Part shown: positions 55,265 through 64,000 of the stretch, piece by piece
Position numbering within the stretch: position 1 is the first letter of the stretch
How the letters are laid out: each line of letters opens with the position of its first letter
DNA from: a bacterium
Lineage (GTDB): Bacteria; Electryoneota; JAOADG01
DNA length: 64,000 bases
Direction of reading: 5' to 3'
Assembly: GCA_963681965.1 (NCBI GenBank)
Contig: OY820579.1
Span: forward strand, 3,424,001-3,488,000
The notes under the pieces: model-generated
Seen by the model: only the letters and a program-made list of their open reading frames with translations
Told to the model about the DNA's origin: nothing
Databases searched by the model: none
Made by a program: the position numbers and the translations under genes

Positions 55265-56382
55265 TTTATTGGCTGTGCAAAATGGGTGCGCACATCCACG
55301 GCTTGGGGTTTCTCCGGGTCGCGCAATTTGTTTCGTTCCGCTCGATTGCAGCAGCACTGACGGCATTGCTACTAGCTGTCTGGCTCGGTCCCCGATTTAT
55401 CCTCTGGTTGCATAAGCGCGGACTACGCGACGTACCGAAAGGATTTACCGTCGGCGACGCCGAATCGAAAAAAGGGACACCGCAGATGGGTGGACTGATG
55501 ATCGTCGGCATTTTGCTTTGCTCGGTCATGCTCTGGTGCGATCTCAGCAATCGTTTCGTACAGACATTAATTACCGCAACAGTTTTCTTCGTCTCGATGG
55601 GTGCCTACGACGATTATTGCAAGATTAAGATGGGACGGGGTGAAGCGGGTTTATCGCAATTTTCCAAATTGGCGTTGCAAGGCGGCTTCGGACTCGCGCT
55701 CGGTTGGATGATTGGCTATTCGAATTTTTCACCGTACTACGAAATCTTCCGCACCGACATCAATATTCCCTTCATTAAACCGGCGGTATATGGCGGCCTC
55801 GATCTCAATCTCAAGTGGTTCTATATTCCCTTCGTGATGTTGACAACGATGTTCATCTCGAATTCGGTAAATATCGCCGACGGTCTCGACGGACTGGCGA
55901 TCGTACCAGCCATCATTGGCGCAGGGGTGTTTGCATTCTTCGCGTATGTCGTCGGATCACGCGACGAAGCAGCATATCTGTTGTTCCGGCACGTCGTCGG
56001 TACTACCGAAATGACGGTGTTTATTTCGGCATTGATCGGTGCCGGGCTAGGATTCCTCTGGTTCAATTGTTATCCGGCGCAGGTTATGATGGGAGATGCC
56101 GGATCGCTCTCGCTCGGCGGAATTCTCGCGACTTCGGCAATTCTTTTGAAACAGGAAACACTGTTTCTCTTTGCCGGTGCTTTCTTCGTGGTGGAAGGAC
56201 TGTCGTCGTTCATCAGTCAGCGGATCGGTCACGAATTCCTCGGACGACGGCTTATCACTCGTGCCCCGTTGCATCATGCTTATCAACACGCCGGATTATC
56301 CGAACCGAAAGTAGTGGTTCGCGCTTGGATTCTTTCGCTTCTGGTCGGTCTGCTCGCCATCGCAACAGTGAAGTTGCGCTAA
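55261..56382 (+). CDS. mraY: Phospho-N-acetylmuramoyl-pentapeptide transferase (MraY family), divergent
   Basis: KKGTPQMGG, GAYDD, NSVNIADGLDGLA, GFLWFN.YPA.V.MGD.GSL.LGG, APLHH; ATGA overlap with the murG-like gene. Confidence 0.88.
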   Translation: MIYWLCKMGAHIHGLGFLRVAQFVSFRSIAAALTALLLAVWLGPRFILWLHKRGLRDVPKGFTVGDAESKKGTPQMGGLMIVGILLCSVMLWCDLSNRFVQTLITATVFFVSMGAYDDYCKIKMGRGEAGLSQFSKLALQGGFGLALGWMIGYSNFSPYYEIFRTDINIPFIKPAVYGGLDLNLKWFYIPFVMLTTMFISNSVNIADGLDGLAIVPAIIGAGVFAFFAYVVGSRDEAAYLLFRHVVGTTEMTVFISALIGAGLGFLWFNCYPAQVMMGDAGSLSLGGILATSAILLKQETLFLFAGAFFVVEGLSSFISQRIGHEFLGRRLITRAPLHHAYQHAGLSEPKVVVRAWILSLLVGLLAIATVKLR

Positions 56383-56406
56383 TTACTTGCTTCAATCGGT
56401 TGTTCG

Positions 56407-57318
56407 TTAATTGATCGTAAGATCCGGTCGATGCTGTTTGATCATGTCAATCAGATTCCACCGATCCGCTGCATAAGATTTCGACTTCCCATTTTCCACC
56501 ACTTTAATCCTGCCGCCATTCACCGTGACGGTTCGGCTCGTCGAATAACTTCGACTCGTCGTCTTCGACTGACCGGGTTCCGTTGTCTTGTCGTCACTGT
56601 CATCTTTCGAAGGCTTGGACGTTTTCTTTACAGTAATTTTATTACTGCCACCGTCGATCGTAACTGTTTTTTCAAAGAGAACACCCTTTTTTTCAGATTC
56701 GTCATCATCGTCATCATCCGCAGATTTGGACGTTTTTGTGATAGTAATTTTTTTTGCGCCACCATCAATGGAAATCGTCTTTTCGGTGTGAAATCCGCTA
56801 CTCTCGTCTGAATTCTCTTCCGAATCCACGGAGTCGTCGGAACTGCCGATCGTAACGGTTTGACTGATCGATTCGATCTGCTCAATTTCCTCTTGTGTCA
56901 GGTGTTCGGGAGCAAGTTGCGGGTTGATAATTATTTTCTTGCCATTACCGATGATCGTGATCCGATTCTTATTAAGATCACTATTGACGCCTTTCGAATT
57001 ACGTTTGACCGTTTCTATTTCCGCCCATTGGATGAATTTGTCGTCACCATTCGTTAGATCCCGGATACCGGTATCATCGACTTCAACCGATGTATTCATC
57101 AAACGATCGAATTGAGCTTGGATTCGATTCAAAATAATCAAATCACTCGTCAGCATTACGATGGCGACCATACCGACGATTTTCCAACTAAGAAAAATCG
57201 ATAATATAATCAGCGTTATTAGGGTGAGAACCGATAGGATAATCATCATCACGCGACGTGCGATGCGGAGACCGGTTAAAACACCATCCACTTTCTGATA
57301 ATAGGAAACGTATTTCAT
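56407..57318 (-). CDS. Hypothetical membrane protein: two N-terminal TM helices, PH-like domain, acidic/Lys-rich repeated insert
   Basis: Hydrophobic N-terminus; 'V.D.GI......FI.W.EI..V' pattern; internal repeats 'EKT..IDGG..KIT..KTSK'. Confidence 0.6.
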   Translation of the reverse strand: MKYVSYYQKVDGVLTGLRIARRVMMIILSVLTLITLIILSIFLSWKIVGMVAIVMLTSDLIILNRIQAQFDRLMNTSVEVDDTGIRDLTNGDDKFIQWAEIETVKRNSKGVNSDLNKNRITIIGNGKKIIINPQLAPEHLTQEEIEQIESISQTVTIGSSDDSVDSEENSDESSGFHTEKTISIDGGAKKITITKTSKSADDDDDDESEKKGVLFEKTVTIDGGSNKITVKKTSKPSKDDSDDKTTEPGQSKTTSRSYSTSRTVTVNGGRIKVVENGKSKSYAADRWNLIDMIKQHRPDLTIN

Positions 57319-58035
57319 CTGATCACCCGATAGTTAATGGTAGTCTGAATCAAGTAGAGGCAGTGCAAGAAGGATGTTGGAAAAATACATTCAAAGATTG
57401 TGAAAATGCTATCAAATTCGTAAAGTATTCAAAATTTCTTTGAATAATGACCTAACTTGCTATTTTTCCATCCCAGTTCCGAGGTTTCGGTTCCCCTGTA
57501 GTCTCAGGCGAAGGCTTCAGCGCTTGCGCTCTTCCTGTGAATAAATAAAAACGAGTGGACATATAAGTCTGTTAAAAATAAAAAAGGGAGTGAGTAGATG
57601 CTTACCCCTACTTCACATGATGAATTACATTTCTTGAACAACCGACTGTATCACAGAAAAAGTGCCTTCCAGAATAGGCTTGAAGCAAGTTCTCGCGGCA
57701 ATATAATTTCCACCGTATCCGTTCGATTCATCACATGAACGTGCTCCGAAGGGCGAATTGTCACGTTACTATAATCACATACCGACAAATACTTCAGTGC
57801 TTGACATTCCCCGATATTGATTTGCCGCGTACACAGTCGGTGGGTGATGATTCAGCGATATATCACAGGAACAGTATTCAGTAGAAATATCAATGAATAA
57901 TTATATTTCATTCATTAATATTACATATTACTTCGCATATCTATTCTTTATTACTCCATACTCCGTATAATAATACACGTGCTATTTTTATAATTAAAGT
58001 AGTAATTCACAATCTTCGTTTGGGGGAAGTAAGTC

Positions 58036-59127
58036 ATGAAAATTTATCGTAATCGTTTTATCGCTTTCATCTTTGTTCTAGTATGTCTATCCATGAGTAT
58101 CAGTTATGCGCAACCTTTTGTTGCAGCAGCTACCAACAGTACACCGTTTGTAATTCCCGCGGGAAGCTTCGGGTTCTCGAATATCAATGTCGTAGCCGGA
58201 CCACCAGTACTGTCGCGGGTTCGGGTACAAGTTCAGATTGTTTTTCCGACCGATGGCGATCTGTTGATTCAATTGGTCCGAACCAGTCCGATTGTGGTAC
58301 TAACCAGTCATCGCGGCAGTAGTGGTGCGGATTATCAGAATACCGTATTCGACGATTTTGCTGCAACTCCGGTTGCTGCCGGTGTCGCTCCATTCGCGGG
58401 AATGTATCAACCGGATCAGACGATGATGACGTTGAATGGATTTAATCCGGTCGGTACTTGGCAATTGATTGTTACCAACAGTGGTGTGCAAACCGGTGTC
58501 TTGAATTCGTGGAGTCTCGAATTCAATGCTCCCTTTGTGCTGCCGGTAGAAATGGTATCATTCACAGCCAATAGTTCAAATAATGCCGTTGCGTTGAGCT
58601 GGCGGACTGAATCTGAAACCGACAATTCGCATTTCAATCTTTATCGCTCGACCAATCCCGCCAATCGGGGCGATTTGACCAAACAGATCAATGGACACGG
58701 CACTTCAGCAATTCCGAATAATTATTCATTCACCGATCGCGACGTGGTAAATGGCACTACTTATTATTACCGGATCGCCGATGTCACTACCGATGGTTCC
58801 GAACATCTGAACTCGTTTGTCGTTACTGCTACACCGACCGACCAAGTATCCAGTGAAGTTCCGGGCAAATACAAATTGAGTCAGAATTTTCCCAATCCAT
58901 TCAATCCGACTACCGAAGTCAGTTACACGATCCCCGAAGCAGGAACGGTTCGATTAACGATCTATGATGTGTTGGGCAAAGAGTTGCGGACTTTGGTGAA
59001 TGGATATCAAGCAGCGAAAACTTATCAAGTCCAATTCGATGCTTCCAATTTGCCATCCGGAACATATTACTACTCGTTGAAGGCGAACAATTTCTCGACT
59101 ACGAAAATGATGTCACTGACCAAGTAG
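58036..59127 (+). CDS. Secreted proprotein-convertase P-domain protein with FN3-like linker and T9SS/FlgD-like CTD
   Basis: Signal peptide; 'DL.I.L...T.FDD.A...G.Y.P...GTW.L.V...G.L.SWSL'; 'LPVEMVSFTA...W.TESE.DN..F'; 'QNFPNPFNPTT...SGTYYY...KMMSLTK'. Confidence 0.88.
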   Translation: MKIYRNRFIAFIFVLVCLSMSISYAQPFVAAATNSTPFVIPAGSFGFSNINVVAGPPVLSRVRVQVQIVFPTDGDLLIQLVRTSPIVVLTSHRGSSGADYQNTVFDDFAATPVAAGVAPFAGMYQPDQTMMTLNGFNPVGTWQLIVTNSGVQTGVLNSWSLEFNAPFVLPVEMVSFTANSSNNAVALSWRTESETDNSHFNLYRSTNPANRGDLTKQINGHGTSAIPNNYSFTDRDVVNGTTYYYRIADVTTDGSEHLNSFVVTATPTDQVSSEVPGKYKLSQNFPNPFNPTTEVSYTIPEAGTVRLTIYDVLGKELRTLVNGYQAAKTYQVQFDASNLPSGTYYYSLKANNFSTTKMMSLTK

Positions 59128-59169
59128 AGTTATCGGAGTAGTGAAATCTGAAATTCACATCTTCAGATA

Positions 59170-59200
59170 CAAAAGGGCAGGCGCTTAGTCTGCCCTTTTG
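59170..59200 (+). terminator. Intrinsic terminator
   Basis: aaaagggcagg-cgcttag-tctgccctttt. Confidence 0.7.
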
Positions 59201-59293
59201 TAATTACAGCATGATCAGATTTGTGAGGATAGAATATCGAAAGTAGTTTTGCAATGATCTATAATATCGCTTGAAAATGAGCTGTTATCGGCA

Positions 59294-59340
59294 GTAGGGG
59301 CGGGTCCCCGCGCCCGCCCGCAGGTCAGGCGAAGCCTGAC
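59294..59340 (+). repeat. GTAG-type REP followed by a gtcaggcgaagcctgac hairpin
   Basis: gtaggggcgggtccccgcgcccgccc-gcag-gtcaggcgaagcctgac; same composite as 12845-12891. Confidence 0.8.
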
Positions 59341-59431
59341 ACCGAATCATAATAACTTATTTTCAAAAAACCACAATCAAACCATCGTTTCATCGAATTG
59401 GTTCGTATTATGAAGTAAACAGGAGGAACCA

Positions 59432-59818
59432 ATGGGATTTTCAATCGAACACAAAGCAACCGGTACTATCGACGAAGTGGAAGTGAAATTAACTGCGGCA
59501 TTGAAATCGGCGGGATTTGGAATCCTGACTCGCACCGAAGTAGACAAGGTGTTGCTGGAGAAAATCGGCGAGAAAGTGGCACCGTATCGAATTCTCGGTG
59601 CGTGCAATCCGCAGATAGCGCATCAAGCATTGCAAGCGGAACCAGCGATCGGGGTGTTTCTCCCATGCTCGATCTGTCTCCGTCAAGAAGAGCACAATAT
59701 TGTTTCGATTTGGGCGCTCGATCCTGCTGCAGTGGTGAATGCAGTCGATAATGCCGAGCTGATACCTCATGGTGCCAAAGCACAGGAGATGATTGAAAAG
59801 GCAGTGAAGTCGGTGTAG
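59432..59818 (+). CDS. DUF302 domain protein
   Basis: 'L...GFGIL', 'PYRILGACNP..A..AL..EP.IG.FLPC'; GGAGG RBS. Confidence 0.9.
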   Translation: MGFSIEHKATGTIDEVEVKLTAALKSAGFGILTRTEVDKVLLEKIGEKVAPYRILGACNPQIAHQALQAEPAIGVFLPCSICLRQEEHNIVSIWALDPAAVVNAVDNAELIPHGAKAQEMIEKAVKSV

Positions 59819-59997
59819 ATCAATTTAATTCAATTCTATAACACCGCAATATTTTTAATTACGTTTGTCGATGTTCTATCTGTCAGTACTACCTAATTCC
59901 GATTGGATAATTGTTCAAAGTTCCCGAAATCGGTAGAATAATATAACGGCGAACAATTTCTTGTCCGCCGTTAATTGTAGCTAGATCTGATGTTGAA

Positions 59998-62277
59998 TTA
60001 TTTGTTCGCGTCGACAGCGGCAAAGGCAGCGATGTTGACGATTTCGCTGACGTCGCAACTGCGCTGAAGAACATGAATCGAATCTTCCATTCCCATCAGG
60101 ATCGGTCCGATCGGCTCGGCGTGTCCCAATGCGATCAGCAGCTTGTACGCAATATTACCGCTGGTCATATTCGGGAAGATCAGCGTATTCGCTTCGCCGC
60201 CAACCAGTCGCGAGAACGGATAGGTGCGTTCCAACAATTCCGGATTCATCGCGGTATCGGCTTGCATTTCACCGTCGATCACGATATCGGGACGAGCCGC
60301 GTGAACTATTTCGGTCGCTTTCCGCAACGTCGAAGCATACGGGTGTGCGGAACTGCCAAAGTTCGAGAAACTGAGCATCGCGACGCGTGGTTCCACATCG
60401 AAATGTTTCTTCACTGTGTCAGCTGCCAAAATCGCGATTTCCGCCAGATCTTCCGGTTCATTCGCTTCGATATTCACCGTCGTATCGGCAAGGAACACGG
60501 TACGTTCCTTGAAGACCAACGCATAAAGACCAGATACGTGCTTCACACCGGGCTTCTTGTTGAGCAACTGGAGTGCCGGGCGGAGCGTGTCGGGATAGTG
60601 TTGCGACACACCGGCGACCATCGCATCGGCGCGACCGAGTTTAACTAACACCGATGCAAGATAATTCGGATTGCGCAGCAACAGACGCGCTTCATTGCGG
60701 GTAACACCGCGCCGTTGACGCAGTTTCCACAACTCTTCGACACACTGTTCGTATTCCGCTTCCGGCATCTTGAACAGATCGACGATTTCGGCGCCATCCA
60801 ATTTCAATCGGAGTTGCGCTTTCTTCTCTTCGATGATGTCGATATTGCCGATAAGAATCGGTTTGGCAATTTTCTCTTCGCACAGTTGTTCCGCTGCTTT
60901 GAGAATCTTTTCGTGTTCCCCTTCCGGGAATACGATGCGCTTTTGATGCATCTTGGCGCGATTCACGAACATGCGGGTAATTTCGCGGCTGTGACCTAGC
61001 AATCCTTCCAACTTCTCGCGATAGGCATCGAAATCATCAATCGGTTTACGGGCAGCACCGGATTCGCAGGCGGCTTTCGCGACCGCGACCGCTTCCCACA
61101 ACAATACCCGATGATCGAGCGGCTTGGGAATAAGATATTCGCGACCGAATTCAATCTTGTCGACGCCGTATGCGGCACAAACGTAATCCGGAACGTCTTC
61201 GCGGGCTAGACGTGCCAGCGATTGCGTAGCAGCTTTCTTCATCTCTTCATTGATCTGGGTCGCGTGCGTATCGAGGGCGCCACGGAAGATGAACGGGAAG
61301 CCAAGAACGTTGTTGACTTGGTTCGGATAGTCGCTGCGACCAGTTGCCATGATGCAGTCGCCGCGCGCTTCCATTGCATCGGGATAAGAAATTTCCGGAT
61401 TCGGATTTGCCATCGCAAAGATGATCGGATCCTTCGCCATGCTGCGCGCCATCTCTTTGGTGACGGTGTTGGCAACCGAGCAACCGCAGAAGACGTCGGC
61501 GTCTTTCATTGCATCCGCTAACGTTCGTGCGGAGGTTTTCGCGGTGAAATGCGCCTTGTACTTGTTGTATTTCGGATGTGCGGGGTCAAGATCTTCGCGA
61601 CCTTCCCACAACGCGCCTTTGGTGTCGCAGAGAATAATATTTTCCAGTTTGACACCGAGGGTGACATACATCATCGCGCAGGCAATCCCCGAAGCGCCAG
61701 CGCCATTGAAGACGACTCGAACGTCGCCGATATCCTTGCCGACCAATTCCAATGCATTGACCAAGCCTGCGCCGGAAATGATTGCGGTGCCGTGCTGATC
61801 GTCGTGGAAGACGGGGATATTCATCATCTTCTTGAGGGTCTCTTCGATATAGAAGCATTCCGGTGCTTTGATATCTTCGAGATTGATACCGCCGAAAGTC
61901 GGTTCCAGTAGTTTGACGACTTTGATGATATCTTCGGGATCGTGACTGTCGACTTCGATGTCGAATACGTCGACGTCGGCGAATCGCTTGAACAGCACCC
62001 CTTTACCTTCCATCACCGGTTTACCGCCAAGTGCGCCGATATCGCCGAGACCCAAAACGGCAGTACCGTTGGAGACGACGCCGACGAGATTTCCTTTGGC
62101 GGTATATTCGTATGCGAGTGCCGGATCTTTTTCGATTCGCAGGCACGGTTCCGCGACACCCGGCGAGTATGCGAGCGACAAATCGCGCTGGGTATGGCAG
62201 GGTTTGGTGGGTACGACTTCGATTTTACCTTTGCGACCACGGGAATGGTATTCACACGATTCTTCAAACAGATTCAT
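59998..62277 (-). CDS. maeB: NADP-dependent malic enzyme with phosphotransacetylase-like C-terminal domain
   Basis: [91 protein letters not shown]. Confidence 0.97.
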   Translation of the reverse strand: MNLFEESCEYHSRGRKGKIEVVPTKPCHTQRDLSLAYSPGVAEPCLRIEKDPALAYEYTAKGNLVGVVSNGTAVLGLGDIGALGGKPVMEGKGVLFKRFADVDVFDIEVDSHDPEDIIKVVKLLEPTFGGINLEDIKAPECFYIEETLKKMMNIPVFHDDQHGTAIISGAGLVNALELVGKDIGDVRVVFNGAGASGIACAMMYVTLGVKLENIILCDTKGALWEGREDLDPAHPKYNKYKAHFTAKTSARTLADAMKDADVFCGCSVANTVTKEMARSMAKDPIIFAMANPNPEISYPDAMEARGDCIMATGRSDYPNQVNNVLGFPFIFRGALDTHATQINEEMKKAATQSLARLAREDVPDYVCAAYGVDKIEFGREYLIPKPLDHRVLLWEAVAVAKAACESGAARKPIDDFDAYREKLEGLLGHSREITRMFVNRAKMHQKRIVFPEGEHEKILKAAEQLCEEKIAKPILIGNIDIIEEKKAQLRLKLDGAEIVDLFKMPEAEYEQCVEELWKLRQRRGVTRNEARLLLRNPNYLASVLVKLGRADAMVAGVSQHYPDTLRPALQLLNKKPGVKHVSGLYALVFKERTVFLADTTVNIEANEPEDLAEIAILAADTVKKHFDVEPRVAMLSFSNFGSSAHPYASTLRKATEIVHAARPDIVIDGEMQADTAMNPELLERTYPFSRLVGGEANTLIFPNMTSGNIAYKLLIALGHAEPIGPILMGMEDSIHVLQRSCDVSEIVNIAAFAAVDANK

Positions 62278-62500
62278 AAGACGATCTCCGAAATATGCTT
62301 GCGGGTGATTCTATTAGACTGTGAAAAGAGTAACAAATAGATGAAAAGATCCATTGGAAAATAACGATCAAGGTAGGTTAACGACTTCTTAGCCAATGTA
62401 CAAAGTAATTTTTAAAGCTCGCTTTTGCAAATCGATGGGATTCGCTGGTAGGAACTGGTTTTAGTGTTAATACTGGGTGCTTAGAGCGGGGTACTTGGCA

Positions 62501-63060
62501 CGGGCGAGTGGACCTGCCACTACTGAGGATACAGGATTCATGAAAAGAAAGATCGCGGACTCAAGTCCGCCGCTACCAATCTTTTCCCTATCACCAACCC
62601 CCCATCACCCAAAACTCATCTTTTCGGTGGGTCGGAATTTATTCCGACTCTTCTTGTGGTAGGGGCGGTTCGCGAACCGCCCGTGTTTGTTGAAGATCGA
62701 TTTTAATTCGCAATCAGGGAAATTTTTTTTGCGAAAGGTAAAATATTTGAGCATCATCATCAGTTACGGAAGGACGCGAACGAGCGCCCCTACCAAAAAT
62801 GATTAACAGAAAGAAAGAGTGGGTTGCCACATGCGCCGAACGGCGCATTCGCAACGACAAAATTAAAAGATGGGGATTGGGAGTTAGGTGTTGGGAATAG
62901 GGGAAAGATGAAAAAATACAAGAGTGGGCGGGCATGGGAGCCCGCCCCTACTATAGGATACAGGATTAAAAAAAAACGCAGACTAAAGCCTACGGCTACA
63001 GTGGACAAAAAGCGGACTAAAGTCCGCCGCTACCGATCTTTTCCCATCACCTACCACTCA
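62501..63060. repeat. Dense multi-family REP-like palindrome cluster with an internal duplication and C/G-rich heptamer-like tracts
   Basis: Elements at 62555-62576, 62627-62648, 62659-62682, 62772-62793, 62821-62858, 62926-62951, 62977-62999 and 63012-63033; several are near-identical to those at 52345-52676. Confidence 0.85.
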
Positions 63061-63103
63061 TTCTCCACTACCTCTTCTCTAACACCATTCTCTATCATCA
63101 ATC

Positions 63104-64000
63104 CTATACAAACCAAATCCACCAGACCAACGCAAAAACCGGCAGCAGAATCGGAATCGAGTACTTCACGATGTATCCGAAGAAGCTTGGCGTCGCACAT
63201 CCCAGCTCTTCCGCAATCGATTTCACCATAAAATTCGGTCCATTGCCGATGTATGTATTCGCTCCGAAAAATACCGACCCTACCGAAATTGCAATGATGT
63301 AAATGTAGGTAGAACTCTGTTGCAACAATCCATTCACTTCCATGCCGTGCAGACCGATTGCCGCCGACAGGAATGTCAAATAGGTCGGTGCATTGTCGAG
63401 TACCGACGACAGCGAGCCCGAGCACCAGTAAAACATCCCCGGTGTGTTGATCCCGAGTTGCGACGCATTCGTTTCGAGATATTGAAGTGCGGGAATCATC
63501 GTCGCGAAAATTCCGAGGAAGAGGAGTGCCACTTCTTTTATCGGACCGAAGGAAAATTCGTTATGGACGTGAACCACTTTCGGTGTCGTCTTCAACGACA
63601 GCAGTGCCGCAATCACCTGAATCAATTCCGGTAGAAACAACATGACCTGATTCAATTCATGATTGAATAGCACTGCGAGAATAATCACTGCGAGATACCA
63701 GAAATTATGTTTGCCGAGTAACTCGAACGATTTGTGTCCTGTCGGCGGTGTCGCTACCGGTACTACTCCTTTGTTTCGAGCATCGATGAGATAAAAAATC
63801 CCGAGTAACAACCCGACTGCCAACAGCCATATCCAAATCACGTGCTCGAACAACCAGAAAAACGGTACCCCTTTGAGATATCCGAGAAAGAGTGGCGGAT
63901 CGCCAATCGGTGTCAGCAGACCACCGGTATTGGAAACGATAAAGATAAAGAATACAATGTGATATGGTTTTAGACGACCGCGATTCACCCGGATAAATGG
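63104..64000 (-). CDS. Partial (3' part) putative sodium:proton antiporter of the ion-transporter superfamily
   Basis: 'SN.GG.LTP.GDPPLFLGYL.GV.F.W', 'PIKEVA.LF.GIF.TM.P', 'LSS.LDNAPTYL.F', 'GANTYIGNGPNFMVK.IAE'; the frame stays open to the window edge. Confidence 0.88.
   Translation of the reverse strand, partial: PFIRVNRGRLKPYHIVFFIFIVSNTGGLLTPIGDPPLFLGYLKGVPFFWLFEHVIWIWLLAVGLLLGIFYLIDARNKGVVPVATPPTGHKSFELLGKHNFWYLAVIILAVLFNHELNQVMLFLPELIQVIAALLSLKTTPKVVHVHNEFSFGPIKEVALLFLGIFATMIPALQYLETNASQLGINTPGMFYWCSGSLSSVLDNAPTYLTFLSAAIGLHGMEVNGLLQQSSTYIYIIAISVGSVFFGANTYIGNGPNFMVKSIAEELGCATPSFFGYIVKYSIPILLPVFALVWWIWFV

Noticed and set aside
57468-57540. c-di-AMP (ydaO) or glycine riboswitch
   Set aside because: Only short fragments resemble them (GCTGAA...GGGGAACC on the minus strand; ctcagg on the plus strand); the downstream conserved elements are missing.
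62501-63060. CRISPR array (also considered for 52345-52676)
   Set aside because: The repeats belong to different families and orientations, spacing is irregular, and no cas genes are present.

Overview
Bacterial chromosomal window, probably from a non-Bacteroidota member of the FCB superphylum. This is an inference from the 'NYPNPFN'-type T9SS/FlgD-like C-terminal domains together with clear Shine-Dalgarno use. Housekeeping and metabolic genes sit at both ends: a PhnD-like binding protein with a partial sensor, glutathione peroxidase, old yellow enzyme, DUF4105/Lnb, thrS, DUF302, maeB and a partial Na+/H+ antiporter. Three secreted proteins carry a T9SS-type CTD (S8 protease, LVIVD protein, P-domain protein). 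The centre (about 12.98-52.05 kb, all minus strand) is an array of five giant secreted multidomain proteins of 1,629 to about 2,970 aa, with NIDO-like/beta-helix, SBBP/BNR/LVIVD/FGE, M6 protease, S8 protease and NIDO-like/adhesin content. All five lack the T9SS CTD and instead end in a shared FN3-like domain with a Ser-run/Pro/basic tail. They share Ig-like 'PNGGE' modules, most carrying 'NRNYPSGTWE', and surround a translationally coupled class III cyclase-STAND ATPase-TPR gene. Most notable observations: (i) this putative alternative C-terminal sorting signal, (ii) GTAG/GTGG-type REP palindromes, including an inverted doublet, inserted in frame inside one giant gene, (iii) sharp base-composition mosaicism at domain borders in that gene, (iv) an orphan MurG-HEAT fusion plus divergent MraY pair outside a dcw cluster, and (v) multi-family REP clusters, with one gene bracketed by REP-containing direct repeats. 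No rRNA, tRNA, CRISPR array, transposase or reverse transcriptase was recognised. All domain calls are by eye from motifs; no searches were run.
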